Virus record (IMG/VR): IMGVR_UViG_3300021376_000051 | Location: 1,205-65,204 of that record | Strand: one strand, 5' to 3' | Source: a virus | Taxonomy: Duplodnaviria > Caudoviricetes | DNA length: 64,000 bases | In this document: piece after piece, positions 17,001-26,631 of the stretch | Layout of the letters: the number at the start of each line of letters is the position of its first letter | Numbering within the stretch: the first letter of the stretch is position 1 | Notes under the pieces: model-generated | Database searches by the model: none | Told to the model about the DNA's origin: nothing | Seen by the model: only the letters and a program-made list of their open reading frames with translations | Position numbers and translations under genes: made by a program

Positions 17001-20000
17001 CCTGTAATAATGAAGTATCTCTTAGTCTAACTGGGAACACATCATTTTTACTGGTTTTTTCTAGCATGCCTACTTGGGTTTGTAGCTCTACGGTTTTATC
17101 TGTTAATAGTCTAAAAGCACCAGTAAGACTTTCAACATGCTTCTGTTCTTTTACTCCGGTTAGGATTGGTCTAATACCTAATAAATTCCTTACTACATCC
17201 TGAATAATAGCGTGTTGCATATTAAGGTTATTGGGATATTCTGAACTTAGGTCTGCCGACTTAATCATTACATTATAAACATAAGGATCAATCAGTAGTT
17301 TATCGTTTTGAATACCACTAACATCAGACTGTAAAGAACCTTTTGTTGTTACAGAAGCCTGGTCAATTAGTTCTGTTAGAATAGCTAATGGTGCAAATGG
17401 GCTATTATAGGTTAATGAAGTTGCATTCATAAACCCTTGTAATAGGTTGTTTTGCAGTATGGTTGAGATCATTAACTCGGAACCAACAAAGGGTATACTT
17501 CTAATAATACCAGCAGCTGTTCCTTCATCTGCTCTTTCTCCTCGTCTATCAATACCACGTTGAATAAGTCCAACTAAGAATGCTCTTCTAAATCCATTAT
17601 CAAGAAGATCTCGTTCTGTTAGTCTTGAACCCTTTGTTGTTGAGAAATCATCTAAATCAGCTAAAGTTCTTGCAACAAACCCAACACTAATATTCATAAA
17701 TGTATTAATGTCTTTTTCTCTAATCTTTTGTTTAAGATCATTTATCTTTGAGTCTATAGCTGCAAGTGTTGCCATATTTGGAATTGGCTTGCTACTTTCT
17801 ATCTTATAGTTTTGTTCTTCTACTCTTAGCTCTGAAATCAAGATATTAAGATCAGCCATTTCTGTTGGTGTTAATTGTCTATTGTTTTCCGTAGCAACGA
17901 CACGTTTAAATGCATTGAGTTGAGCATCAGGATTTCCAACATCAGCTCTAGTAGACATCCCTGTTCCAATAACAGCCATTACAACATCTTCAGCTTCTTT
18001 CATAAAGCTAGAGTATTCTGGGTTATCATTTAGTTTATTAAATGTAATAAGGACTCGTTGAGCCATTTTCTTAATAGCATAGAAAGCATTTTCCCAAAGT
18101 CTATAAGCCCTACCAACTGGTGCATACTTGTCTCTTAGTTTTGTAATAGCTTCCTTCGATCCTAGTACATTTCTTAGTAAGAAGAATGCACCCATATGGG
18201 CAAAGAACTCATCAGTATTGCTAAGTGCATACTCTACTTCTTGTTCTAAGTTTTCGTATGGTTTGCCATTATTCATGGCTAATAGCATTTCTCTAATTAC
18301 TGGTTTTGATCTTGTTGTATCAAATAGTCCAGTAACTTTACGCCACTCGGGTGAGTTTGTTTTTACATACTTTAGTCTAGCAATGTGAACTAATTCTTCT
18401 GCAAATCTAAATAGGATTTCATTTTCTGCTGTAACCTTCATTGCTGTTATGTTTTGACCTATTACATATCTACCATTTCTCTTAGCAGCAAACATAATAC
18501 CGTCTTTACCTTCTCCAGCAAATGATTCTATTGTTAGTTCTTCTACAATATCTGGGTTATGCTTTGCCAGGTTACCAATAAGCATAAGCTTCATATCCCG
18601 TGCTCTTGCTGATATTACACCACCAGAAACAAGACCATCAAGATAGTTTACAAACTTTTCTGCTGATTCTCGGTGTGCTGGGTTGCTAAATGACATTATA
18701 AAGTCATCTGGATCAGTATATACAGCCGGAGAAGATGCATCAGAGTAGATCTCGTCAGCAATTTCTGGTTCTAGTTGTGGTCTGGTAAAGTCTTCAACAG
18801 CCGCTCTGATATTAGACACAACTGCTGGTGTTAGTTCTTTACCGCTTGCTGTGGCCATAGCTCTAACAAACACAGCATCGCTTGTTAGGTTTCTTGGTTC
18901 AGCAACAACTCGTTCCATTGCTGCTCTAGTTACATAGTATTCTTTTGCATTATCATGTGGTTCGTTATCCATGACGTACATTAATGCAGATACAACATCA
19001 TCAATTTGTTGCTTTTGGCTGGTCTTTAAACCTTCTGCATTAAAGTATCTATATACAGATCGCTCTGCTGCATCGTTTCCTGCTACTTTATACATCATAG
19101 CAGCAATCTTAATTAAAGCATTTGGAGACTTTACAGACTTTGGTAACTGTGTTTTGTTGTTATTTGCCCATACAATAAAATCACCTATTTGAGATGCTTT
19201 ATCTTCAAATCCAAGTTGTTGAGCTTTTACAAGAACTTCAGTTAATACAGTTAAGAATGGAGCATCTGCAACAGAGATGTTAATCTTTTGCTGTTTAACT
19301 GTTTTAAAGGCTCTACCCGCTACTATAGTTGTATCACTATTTGGTATTGTTATTGTAATTGTAGCTGGATTATCTCCAGAAGACCGCAAGTAATACCCCA
19401 AATCAAGAACATCTTTGGACTTTCCATCAATGTTTACCCTTCTGTAATCTTTAAGCATAGCTGGTTTTACAGTACCTGGGTCTGTTTCATACAAGAATGC
19501 AATACTTTCAGATAATTCATCTTCCATATCACGCATTCTTTCAAACATTTGGGCTTCTTTTTCTTGAATTACTGAGTCAATCTCAGTTTTAAACCCATAG
19601 ATTTCTTTGTTTGTTTGAATAGCAAGTTCAATTTCTGAGAATAACTTATAGTTTTCTAGGTTGTTTAGCATCTGAATCAAACCCTGTGGGGTATTAAGCC
19701 ATAGTGTTGATGGGTTATCAACCTGTGATGTTATCTGGGCATACGGATCTGTTGGACCCTGTACGGTAAGCTTTTCTAGTTGCTCGTCTTCTCTAAATAC
19801 TTTATTGTTTTTATCTCTTAGTGTTACTCTATTTTCTGAGTTGACAGCAAAGTAGAAATTCTTTAGCAATTCTTCTGCAATACTTTGCTTTTCAAGTAAT
19901 GTAGCATTCCAGATTTTCTTATATAAAGCCGAGTCTGTTCTTGGATCAAGACTTTCAAGAATAACAAACCCGTTAGAATCATATTTTACATTTGGATCTG

Positions 20001-23000
20001 TTTCATATGGCGTTCCGACAATCATCTTAGTTGCTACTTGCTTAGCAGTTTCGGATGCACCTATTACTTGGTATAGTTGCATTACTTCTCTACCAAAGGC
20101 AACTACAGGAATCTGGGTTGTAGATGGGATTCCGGCTCTACCCTGTCTTCCACGGACAATTACTCCAGGATCTAGGGTAATTCCAAACTCCATGCTCATT
20201 AATCTTTCGATCTTACCCCTAGTACCTAGATATGTTAGTACTTGTAACCAACCAGGTTCTTCACCGAATGTTGCTTTGATATCGTTAATGGTGTCTAAAC
20301 TTAGTGTTCTTTCCTCTAATGTTGCCATTAGATCGAGTGGAGAGAATCGCTTTAATCCACTAAGAGTAGCAGAGCTAATTCCAGCTGTTCTTAAGAACCC
20401 ATCAATATATCTAATTCTAGCTTCTCTAACTAGTTCGTCTTTTTCTAGAACTTCATCAATTGATGTTTTAGACTGAGATGCCTTTTGTAGTGTGTCAATA
20501 GCTGGGTTTAGTGCTTTATTTCTTAGTTGCATAACTGCAAAGATTCTACCCCAATCCTTTGCTTCTAATGACTCATCTAAACCATGTAACTTAGCAAATT
20601 CTGTTAAGACATTCTGTAGTCTAATAGCATTTTGCTCTACTCTTTCTTTTTGGCCAAGAGCAATAGCTCCAATTACATCATCAGAACTTTGTGGAATCAT
20701 TGGCATATTTTGAGGTTCATAAGGTGACTTATATCCTCTCAATGACTCTGGAACAAATCCGTTTGGATTAGAACTTAAGGCACCCTCAACCTCTGCTAGT
20801 TGTTGCAAAGCTTGGTTTTGTTTAATTCTGGCTGCGTGTTGTGCTGCTGCTAGTGCATAAATACCACGTTGTGTAAAGTCAATATCTGCATATGCTGGTC
20901 TTAAAGCACCGTATCCATCGACAGTAGGATCTAGAATAATCTCTTCTCTGCTACTTACTGCATCAGAAGCAAGAGTTCTAAATCTAAGTCTAGCATATGC
21001 TGTTCCTGCTGCTTTTTTATTTCTATCATTTCTTTCTTTCGCGGTTATTTCAATTCCACCAACAGTATACTTACGAATCTTTGGTGCTTTTTCAAGGTAC
21101 TTTGATACTTCTGCTGCTTCTATTTCTTTTGCGGATCTTGCTTGTAGATCTAAGAAATACTTTGTTCTATTTTCATTTATTTCTGGTTTATATCCAGTAA
21201 CAATAGTTGGTCTATAGAACTTGGCTAGGTTTAATAGTATTTGTCTAGCAAAGATCTGTTCAAAGTCTGCTCTTGCTGCTTGTTTTTCTTCAATCTTCCA
21301 CATACCATAAGGATTGTAATCTCCACCTGGCTCCATAACCCTTGGTTGGGCATACTTTGAGCTTTCTGGACCAAGGCCATACCAACTAACCATGTGGTTT
21401 CTACCGCTTGCGGTTTCTACTCCATATCTAAAGTACACTTCTCTATTCAAGTATCTAGTATAGTCTTCTTTATCAATGTGTACACCCATTACAAATCTAT
21501 GAATGTCTGCTACATCTTCATCTAATACAAATGGAGTAGTAGCTCGTCTATTTAAAGCATAAATCATTAGATGATTTTGTGCTGCTTCTTCGCCGCCAGC
21601 AAGTGCTACATTCATTTCATAGATAAACGTGGCATATTCTTCTGGACTCATGCTATCAACTGCTTTGCCTTCCCAAATAGCAGCAGCTTTATCAAGTCTT
21701 GCTTTCCACTTTGTTAGCAATTCTGACTCAATTTCTTGTTCAATTTCTTCAAGTTTTCTATTACTTGGATTTACAATTCCACGAACTCTTGCTACAGACT
21801 TAGCCGTTTCTTTTGCAGAAACAGAAATAAACTCTTGCATACTACCCAATCGTTCCATTCTTGATCGCGCTTCACCAAGAGCTTTGGAGCCATTCAAAGT
21901 ACTGCTATAGGTGCTTGAGTTTAGTCTTTGTGCGTTGCTTAGTAATATATTTCGTAAGTCTTGGATATTTTCTCTACTAAACCCAATAACTTCATCAATT
22001 AATCTAGAACTTCCAATTAACTGCGATCTTACAGACATACGAGCTAGGAATTCAATTTCATCTTCAGTTAGGTCAAGATTTGTTTCTTTTACCTTTGTCT
22101 GTAAACCCTGTAGAATACCGGGATAGCCTGCTTGATAGAATGCCGGTGTTACAGCACCCTTTAGGAATTCTTTTAGTTGCGCTCTATTCTTTTCATCGCT
22201 TGGATCGCCCATCTTAGCTCTTAATGCTTTAGCTAACTCAGCATCCGCTGGTGTAATATTAAATTTAGATGGATTAGTAGCCATCTCATTTAGCATATTT
22301 GTACCAAAGTATGGGCTATTTTTATCACTGGTTCCAAGTAAGATGTCTATAAACATAAATCTTGGGTCACCTAAATCTTTACCAGCAACAACAACCTTTT
22401 TACCAGCAAATGTAGCTGGAGCACCTGTTTCATCTGTTGCTTTTAGAACCTGTAACAGATCATCCATAACTTTAAAATTGCCGTCATTAAAGGCAATCAA
22501 CATTGCTAGGATGTTATGCTTACCGTTATACTTGTAGTCTGATTTATTTGATGTATTCCAGGCAGCATCCCCATTGGTTCTAAGGATTTCCATACCACGA
22601 TCAAGTACATTTTCAAGCTCCTTAACACCATCTGGTGTCATTAAGCCATAACTAATCATATGTGCTAACTGGTCTACAGCACCACCCATAAGTGCAGCAG
22701 CGGTTGGTCCACCAGCACTTATAAAGTCTTGCATATAAAATACTGGTTGGGTATCTTTAAAGAATCTTGGTGGAGCTTTCATTCCCATGTAAGTACAGTC
22801 ATGGTTAAATGACATAAGTAATCTGGGAATCTCATATAAATGTTCTTCTACTAGCAACCTTCTTTCTGCTAGGTTTGGAATAGCAGCAAATGGACTACGA
22901 ACAGTAACATCAGGACTTATGTCTAGAACCTGTTGTCTAGCAAAGAAACTAATTGGATCTCCTGGTTTTTGAGTTAGTGGAGTCTCTAGCCAAGAGTATA

Positions 23001-26000
23001 CTGAACTTAGGACAGCAGGATCACTAAGGTCCATATCAAGAATAGCATTTACTCTTTGCTGGAGTCTCCATCCCTCATAGGCTAACTCTTCATTATCAAG
23101 AGAGTGTGGCTGTGCCATGTTGACTTTATCTTTACTTGGCATACCAAATATCTTTCTTCTACCCTTGCCACCCCTAGCTAGTAGTGTTCTGTCATCCATT
23201 TGCATAACAGACTCAACTTCATTTCCGCGCTGTAGCAGTACGTCTGTTACTGAAATGTCTGGTTTTTGATCCATCATTACTTGTGCAAAAGCAATACCAA
23301 CCTCGTCTGCTGGCTTCCAGTCTAAAGACCCATTACCAAAGTCTTGTAATGCACTTAGACCTGGGACAAATGGTTTAAAGTAATCAAGAATTACTCTTTC
23401 CCAGTATTGAGACTCTGATTCTGTTTCTTTTCTTGGCTCTGCTTTAACTCTATCAAGCATTGCTTTATTAAATCTATTCTTAACTTCTGACTTAGAAATA
23501 AACTTAATAAATGAATCAAGTACAGCGTTTTCATATCTTTCTGCACTTCTAACAGAGTTGCTGAACAGGCCATCTTGTTTAAACTTTCCGACCGGCATAG
23601 AGCCATCTAGATTGTCATTTATACTAACAACAGCTTCATTTCTATCGTTAATGTTGTAATTTAGTGATAAAACAAATCCATACTTGGTAAATAACTCATC
23701 TAGTAGTGGGTTTATTGCTCTTTGGTTTTCTAAGGCAATGCGTCTAAGAGATCTATCAAAGTTTGTTTCTTCTGCGGCTCTTCCCTCAAGACCATTAATA
23801 ACCGCATTAATCTTAGCTTCGTTAGTTGTTGGATCACCCATTAAACTTTTGAGATACCAGTTAATTAGTATATCATAAACAGCATTAGCATCATAACCAT
23901 AAGAACTTACCATATAGGTTTGTTCTACAATATCAGTTACTTTTGGTGTTATTTTAGTTATATCGCTTAGTGTATCAAGTGGAATTAACCCAGTAAACTC
24001 AATGCTGTTATTTAGCAGTAAATTACTCTTTGGTGGGGTAATTGAAATTGTAGTTACTTCATCTGAGTCAGAACCCTGTAGTGCTAGACTGCTTATACCA
24101 GGATCAGACATATGTAAGAATAAAGCTAGTGTTGTTTCTGTATCGTTTTCTGCATAAGCATCAAACTCAAAGAAGTCTCCAGTTTCTTGTCCTCTTCTCC
24201 AAAGTTCTGTAATACCGCCTTCACCAAGTTTGATTTCTTCACCCGTTACAAGATTAACAGGATAGCCTGTAGTAAATTGAATCCTTGGTTTACCTGTTGT
24301 TGGGTCTGGGTAACTAAGTACTGGTGTTCTTGTTGGTAGATTATTTTTTGCAAGTTCTTTAAGTTTTTTACCCTTAACTCTAGACTTTTCAAACATATTA
24401 ATGCCTGGAGCTTGGCTTGTAATATTAGCAAGCAAGTCAAAGCTTCTTAAAGATACTCTAGCAAGTAAATCTGAGTCACTAGTAAAGAATCGTAGTTGTG
24501 GTAAATCAAAGCCATTACCGTTGTGTGTAATTAGCTTATATCCCATATTCTGTAGTTCTTCGATTCTCTTTAATACGCTAGTAACTTGATCATTAGTTAG
24601 TACTTGTCTTTCTTTTGCTTCTGTTGTTTTAACATCTACAAGATCAGTGCCATTATTTACTAAGACTTCATTTGATCTAGTAAGTGCAGCTGGGTTAGAT
24701 GAATCATATGTAGCAATCTGAATGCTATAGATACCATCTACTTTTCTATCCGGGTCATTAACATCACCAAAGGTTTCAATATCAATTGTAATTAACTTTG
24801 AGTTATCTTTATCAAACCCATCTGCAAAGTCTGGCATTGTTTCAGGATCGCCACCATGAAGCTTTATTAAATTCCTAGACATACTTAATTTATCATCAAT
24901 ACCAACTTGAGATATTACTCTTCTTTGCATTGTTTTTAAGTATGCTTTTTGAAATGCTTCTGGATGGATATCCATAAGACGGTCACCTAAAACCTGTCTC
25001 AATAGCTTTTCATTTATTGTTCCGTTAAAGTACTTAAAGCCGAATACACTTCGGAGTCTTCTAACCGATCCCTCAATGACTCTAGCAGCCTCTCTGTGAG
25101 ACTTTACTCGGTTCTTTGCGGGAATAGTACCTCTATTATTATCTGGGTGTACAGCAACCTGGTCGGCTGTTAAAGACGGGGCAAATGTTGGATCGATTGC
25201 TTCTGGACTAGAAGCATCAACTACTCCACGGCCTACAGCAAATGACTTTAGGGTATTTAACGCTTCTTCTGTTAGTAAGGCTGGGTCTTCTGTAAAGAAT
25301 GATCCATCATAACTAGATAGTAACTGGTTTCTCCAGATTTGACTTGCTTCTTTAACTTCTGCTTCATTCATTGGAGACAAGTCTTCAGTTTTACCGTCTT
25401 CTAGTTTTTCTCTCTTACCAATTACGGTTTTAACCGCAAACTCACCAAACATTTCTTCAACCTGAGAAACAACAACAGCTCCGCTTCTTTCTATTTCATT
25501 ATTTAGATAAGACAATCTAAGATTCATACCCTCAGTAGCAATTGTCATTAACTTTCTTTGGTTAATAATCATTTGCTGGGATGTCATAGATACATCTCTA
25601 ACATCCCTAACTAAAGATGTTAACCCAAGTTCCATCATTCTAGCTTGAACTTTATTAAGTTCTTTTTCAAGGTTAAATTTAAACTTGGTTAGGCTTTCTG
25701 CTCTCTTGGTCATATCAATACCAGTAATATCTTTTAGACTGGCAATTGATAAACTGGTTAATGCTTTTTTAAGTTCGCTGTTTAGTTTTCCGAGTTGTTT
25801 TACAGCTTCTTTTCTATCCTTCTTTGCTTTATCTTTTTCATCCTTAAAGGACTTTTTCTTTGCTTTGTCTTTAGTTAAGATAATCTTAGATTCTAGTGCA
25901 GCAATCTTACCTTCTAACAATCTGATATCTAATTCTTTTGCTTTTATTTCTTGTTGCTTTGCTTCAACCTTAGAATCTGCATCTATTACTGTAGATGTTT

Positions 26001-26616
26001 TACCAGACTCTTCAATTAGTTGTGCAATGTAAATAAAGTTTTCAAGGATAAATTCCTTTTCTAGTAAACCTTGACTTTGGTTTAAAAGGCTTTCTACGTT
26101 TTCTTCTCTTTTCTTTAAACGCTCTTCTTCAATGATTATTTTTTCTTGTAGATCAGCAACTATATCTTCGTCACCAGCTGCTTCGTGAACCTTAACAAGT
26201 TTTTCTAAATATTCAATATGGTTTCTTCGGTTTATAGCAGCCGTAGCAAAACTCTTTTCGCCATCTAACTCAACACCACGTTTCTTAAGTAGATCAAAAA
26301 ACTTAATTGCTTTTTCGTCACCTAAAGCATTTCTAATTACTCTACCAATACTACCCTTTACATTATCAGATGTCAAGAAAGCTTCATCGATAATGTCTGT
26401 TAGCTCGTAGAATATTGTTACTAACTCTTTCTTTTCGTCTTCTGTTAGTGGATTCTTATCTACTTTTGTTAGGAACCCCAGTTTATCTAGTGTTTCAGAA
26501 TCTGATTTAATTGTTGCTTCTGTCTTAACAAACTCCATTGCCTTGGATACGGACATACCTTTGGCTATAAGCTCTATCAACTTTCTCTGTAAACTGGGTA
26601 AATCGCAAAGTGGCAT
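14098..26616 (-). CDS. Giant 4172-aa polyvalent internal virion protein (DEDD exonuclease + polymerase-like motifs + zincin-like segment)
   Basis: Uninterrupted ORF closing the internal virion protein cluster; DIET / HNGNGFD / YAEND; DYKYNG; KGAVTPAFYQAG; EELVH...EFFA. Confidence 0.85.
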   Translation of the reverse strand: MPLCDLPSLQRKLIELIAKGMSVSKAMEFVKTEATIKSDSETLDKLGFLTKVDKNPLTEDEKKELVTIFYELTDIIDEAFLTSDNVKGSIGRVIRNALGDEKAIKFFDLLKKRGVELDGEKSFATAAINRRNHIEYLEKLVKVHEAAGDEDIVADLQEKIIIEEERLKKREENVESLLNQSQGLLEKEFILENFIYIAQLIEESGKTSTVIDADSKVEAKQQEIKAKELDIRLLEGKIAALESKIILTKDKAKKKSFKDEKDKAKKDRKEAVKQLGKLNSELKKALTSLSIASLKDITGIDMTKRAESLTKFKFNLEKELNKVQARMMELGLTSLVRDVRDVSMTSQQMIINQRKLMTIATEGMNLRLSYLNNEIERSGAVVVSQVEEMFGEFAVKTVIGKREKLEDGKTEDLSPMNEAEVKEASQIWRNQLLSSYDGSFFTEDPALLTEEALNTLKSFAVGRGVVDASSPEAIDPTFAPSLTADQVAVHPDNNRGTIPAKNRVKSHREAARVIEGSVRRLRSVFGFKYFNGTINEKLLRQVLGDRLMDIHPEAFQKAYLKTMQRRVISQVGIDDKLSMSRNLIKLHGGDPETMPDFADGFDKDNSKLITIDIETFGDVNDPDRKVDGIYSIQIATYDSSNPAALTRSNEVLVNNGTDLVDVKTTEAKERQVLTNDQVTSVLKRIEELQNMGYKLITHNGNGFDLPQLRFFTSDSDLLARVSLRSFDLLANITSQAPGINMFEKSRVKGKKLKELAKNNLPTRTPVLSYPDPTTGKPRIQFTTGYPVNLVTGEEIKLGEGGITELWRRGQETGDFFEFDAYAENDTETTLALFLHMSDPGISSLALQGSDSDEVTTISITPPKSNLLLNNSIEFTGLIPLDTLSDITKITPKVTDIVEQTYMVSSYGYDANAVYDILINWYLKSLMGDPTTNEAKINAVINGLEGRAAEETNFDRSLRRIALENQRAINPLLDELFTKYGFVLSLNYNINDRNEAVVSINDNLDGSMPVGKFKQDGLFSNSVRSAERYENAVLDSFIKFISKSEVKNRFNKAMLDRVKAEPRKETESESQYWERVILDYFKPFVPGLSALQDFGNGSLDWKPADEVGIAFAQVMMDQKPDISVTDVLLQRGNEVESVMQMDDRTLLARGGKGRRKIFGMPSKDKVNMAQPHSLDNEELAYEGWRLQQRVNAILDMDLSDPAVLSSVYSWLETPLTQKPGDPISFFARQQVLDISPDVTVRSPFAAIPNLAERRLLVEEHLYEIPRLLMSFNHDCTYMGMKAPPRFFKDTQPVFYMQDFISAGGPTAAALMGGAVDQLAHMISYGLMTPDGVKELENVLDRGMEILRTNGDAAWNTSNKSDYKYNGKHNILAMLIAFNDGNFKVMDDLLQVLKATDETGAPATFAGKKVVVAGKDLGDPRFMFIDILLGTSDKNSPYFGTNMLNEMATNPSKFNITPADAELAKALRAKMGDPSDEKNRAQLKEFLKGAVTPAFYQAGYPGILQGLQTKVKETNLDLTEDEIEFLARMSVRSQLIGSSRLIDEVIGFSRENIQDLRNILLSNAQRLNSSTYSSTLNGSKALGEARSRMERLGSMQEFISVSAKETAKSVARVRGIVNPSNRKLEEIEQEIESELLTKWKARLDKAAAIWEGKAVDSMSPEEYATFIYEMNVALAGGEEAAQNHLMIYALNRRATTPFVLDEDVADIHRFVMGVHIDKEDYTRYLNREVYFRYGVETASGRNHMVSWYGLGPESSKYAQPRVMEPGGDYNPYGMWKIEEKQAARADFEQIFARQILLNLAKFYRPTIVTGYKPEINENRTKYFLDLQARSAKEIEAAEVSKYLEKAPKIRKYTVGGIEITAKERNDRNKKAAGTAYARLRFRTLASDAVSSREEIILDPTVDGYGALRPAYADIDFTQRGIYALAAAQHAARIKQNQALQQLAEVEGALSSNPNGFVPESLRGYKSPYEPQNMPMIPQSSDDVIGAIALGQKERVEQNAIRLQNVLTEFAKLHGLDESLEAKDWGRIFAVMQLRNKALNPAIDTLQKASQSKTSIDEVLEKDELVREARIRYIDGFLRTAGISSATLSGLKRFSPLDLMATLEERTLSLDTINDIKATFGEEPGWLQVLTYLGTRGKIERLMSMEFGITLDPGVIVRGRQGRAGIPSTTQIPVVAFGREVMQLYQVIGASETAKQVATKMIVGTPYETDPNVKYDSNGFVILESLDPRTDSALYKKIWNATLLEKQSIAEELLKNFYFAVNSENRVTLRDKNNKVFREDEQLEKLTVQGPTDPYAQITSQVDNPSTLWLNTPQGLIQMLNNLENYKLFSEIELAIQTNKEIYGFKTEIDSVIQEKEAQMFERMRDMEDELSESIAFLYETDPGTVKPAMLKDYRRVNIDGKSKDVLDLGYYLRSSGDNPATITITIPNSDTTIVAGRAFKTVKQQKINISVADAPFLTVLTEVLVKAQQLGFEDKASQIGDFIVWANNNKTQLPKSVKSPNALIKIAAMMYKVAGNDAAERSVYRYFNAEGLKTSQKQQIDDVVSALMYVMDNEPHDNAKEYYVTRAAMERVVAEPRNLTSDAVFVRAMATASGKELTPAVVSNIRAAVEDFTRPQLEPEIADEIYSDASSPAVYTDPDDFIMSFSNPAHRESAEKFVNYLDGLVSGGVISARARDMKLMLIGNLAKHNPDIVEELTIESFAGEGKDGIMFAAKRNGRYVIGQNITAMKVTAENEILFRFAEELVHIARLKYVKTNSPEWRKVTGLFDTTRSKPVIREMLLAMNNGKPYENLEQEVEYALSNTDEFFAHMGAFFLLRNVLGSKEAITKLRDKYAPVGRAYRLWENAFYAIKKMAQRVLITFNKLNDNPEYSSFMKEAEDVVMAVIGTGMSTRADVGNPDAQLNAFKRVVATENNRQLTPTEMADLNILISELRVEEQNYKIESSKPIPNMATLAAIDSKINDLKQKIREKDINTFMNISVGFVARTLADLDDFSTTKGSRLTERDLLDNGFRRAFLVGLIQRGIDRRGERADEGTAAGIIRSIPFVGSELMISTILQNNLLQGFMNATSLTYNSPFAPLAILTELIDQASVTTKGSLQSDVSGIQNDKLLIDPYVYNVMIKSADLSSEYPNNLNMQHAIIQDVVRNLLGIRPILTGVKEQKHVESLTGAFRLLTDKTVELQTQVGMLEKTSKNDVFPVRLRDTSLLQDRNLARDAFDIIKKELVSKNIAMLDANGKYATFSPLLGYTSGIIPLNPEEMLVADEASLSKVVADIISGKDTIANGGREAIINWAVRTAAKKSIGRTGITTVADYASTQSLVRIHKDVQEIIHKILWQTRDGDVTLEKTFGGMTTQNMDMVVLAFKKAFLIPTDEKTAERWNTKFQRDDVRKHFSISDRNMPHGLTGEMTGILGPSDVLTIEFLNRVTKSSALFKQDSVFLTSRDVFLSTNPNMLKLFETNLSTLAKGTGKIAYDAIERKMVQQLSGIPNAYFNISQILDMFEAENDQTVNSNSRNITLFDQRGERNLKIDNNALMRQGINRLRLALLETKGNLVRDTTDMGQSLADWNNRAKTLVLMRFGMNINTATYMVEGVMSTMSQMFQESNPFVGVISSFRFLRDMVEDGIVNAANAIVDTSGFPGKVTDASGRTKRQFFPIRQRKIRRLAQNTLSFVEETTSPMLPSNLLSMDPSSDLIEKLGFWDRWKLNRSRSNSSAMKSVRVAMDAAGNRLIVKLERMGHLNRFRDAYRAAAIKPTTVGQIKELLRQNKLGFIDQEVAVYIIQSGLLEGKRLEALRYIRTEKNTFRGVILFQDMMDVELELKDSTSPRSTGPVPRPFLTRNELLAELSLAKTAMAKFQEFNTTRGMVVRKALDAPRSDNLATDLLTFYKSYTSLFVAQQIIRRGSTASFPKMGMMLATSSLLDFTYNLVLALARGTLSYEDILEKLNRKDNISEIGRYIMRNPAFSNNILGLIANASLAAATGRSQGGMLSSVAEAGLMQQFRDIYKMVEAFASPQETWDAKTWAAYKALGPWLIANGYSLPIRVAVAQAWGTSSPTSGGSYRGAKGDISAIIDSMSTPVEDTTNALIREMFPEYPTVLQKETQYNNIPKRHLEEYLKRSSERLQQPQLPQPKQPQLPQPQQPQLPQPQPQQPQPQQTSTSVDLQKANQPIQAPEALL
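14160..14262 (-). repeat. Pro/Gln coding tandem repeats (QPQLPQPQ)
   Basis: Repeated tgtggttg(c) units. Confidence 0.85.
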
Positions 26617-26631
26617 TAAATAATCCTTTCG

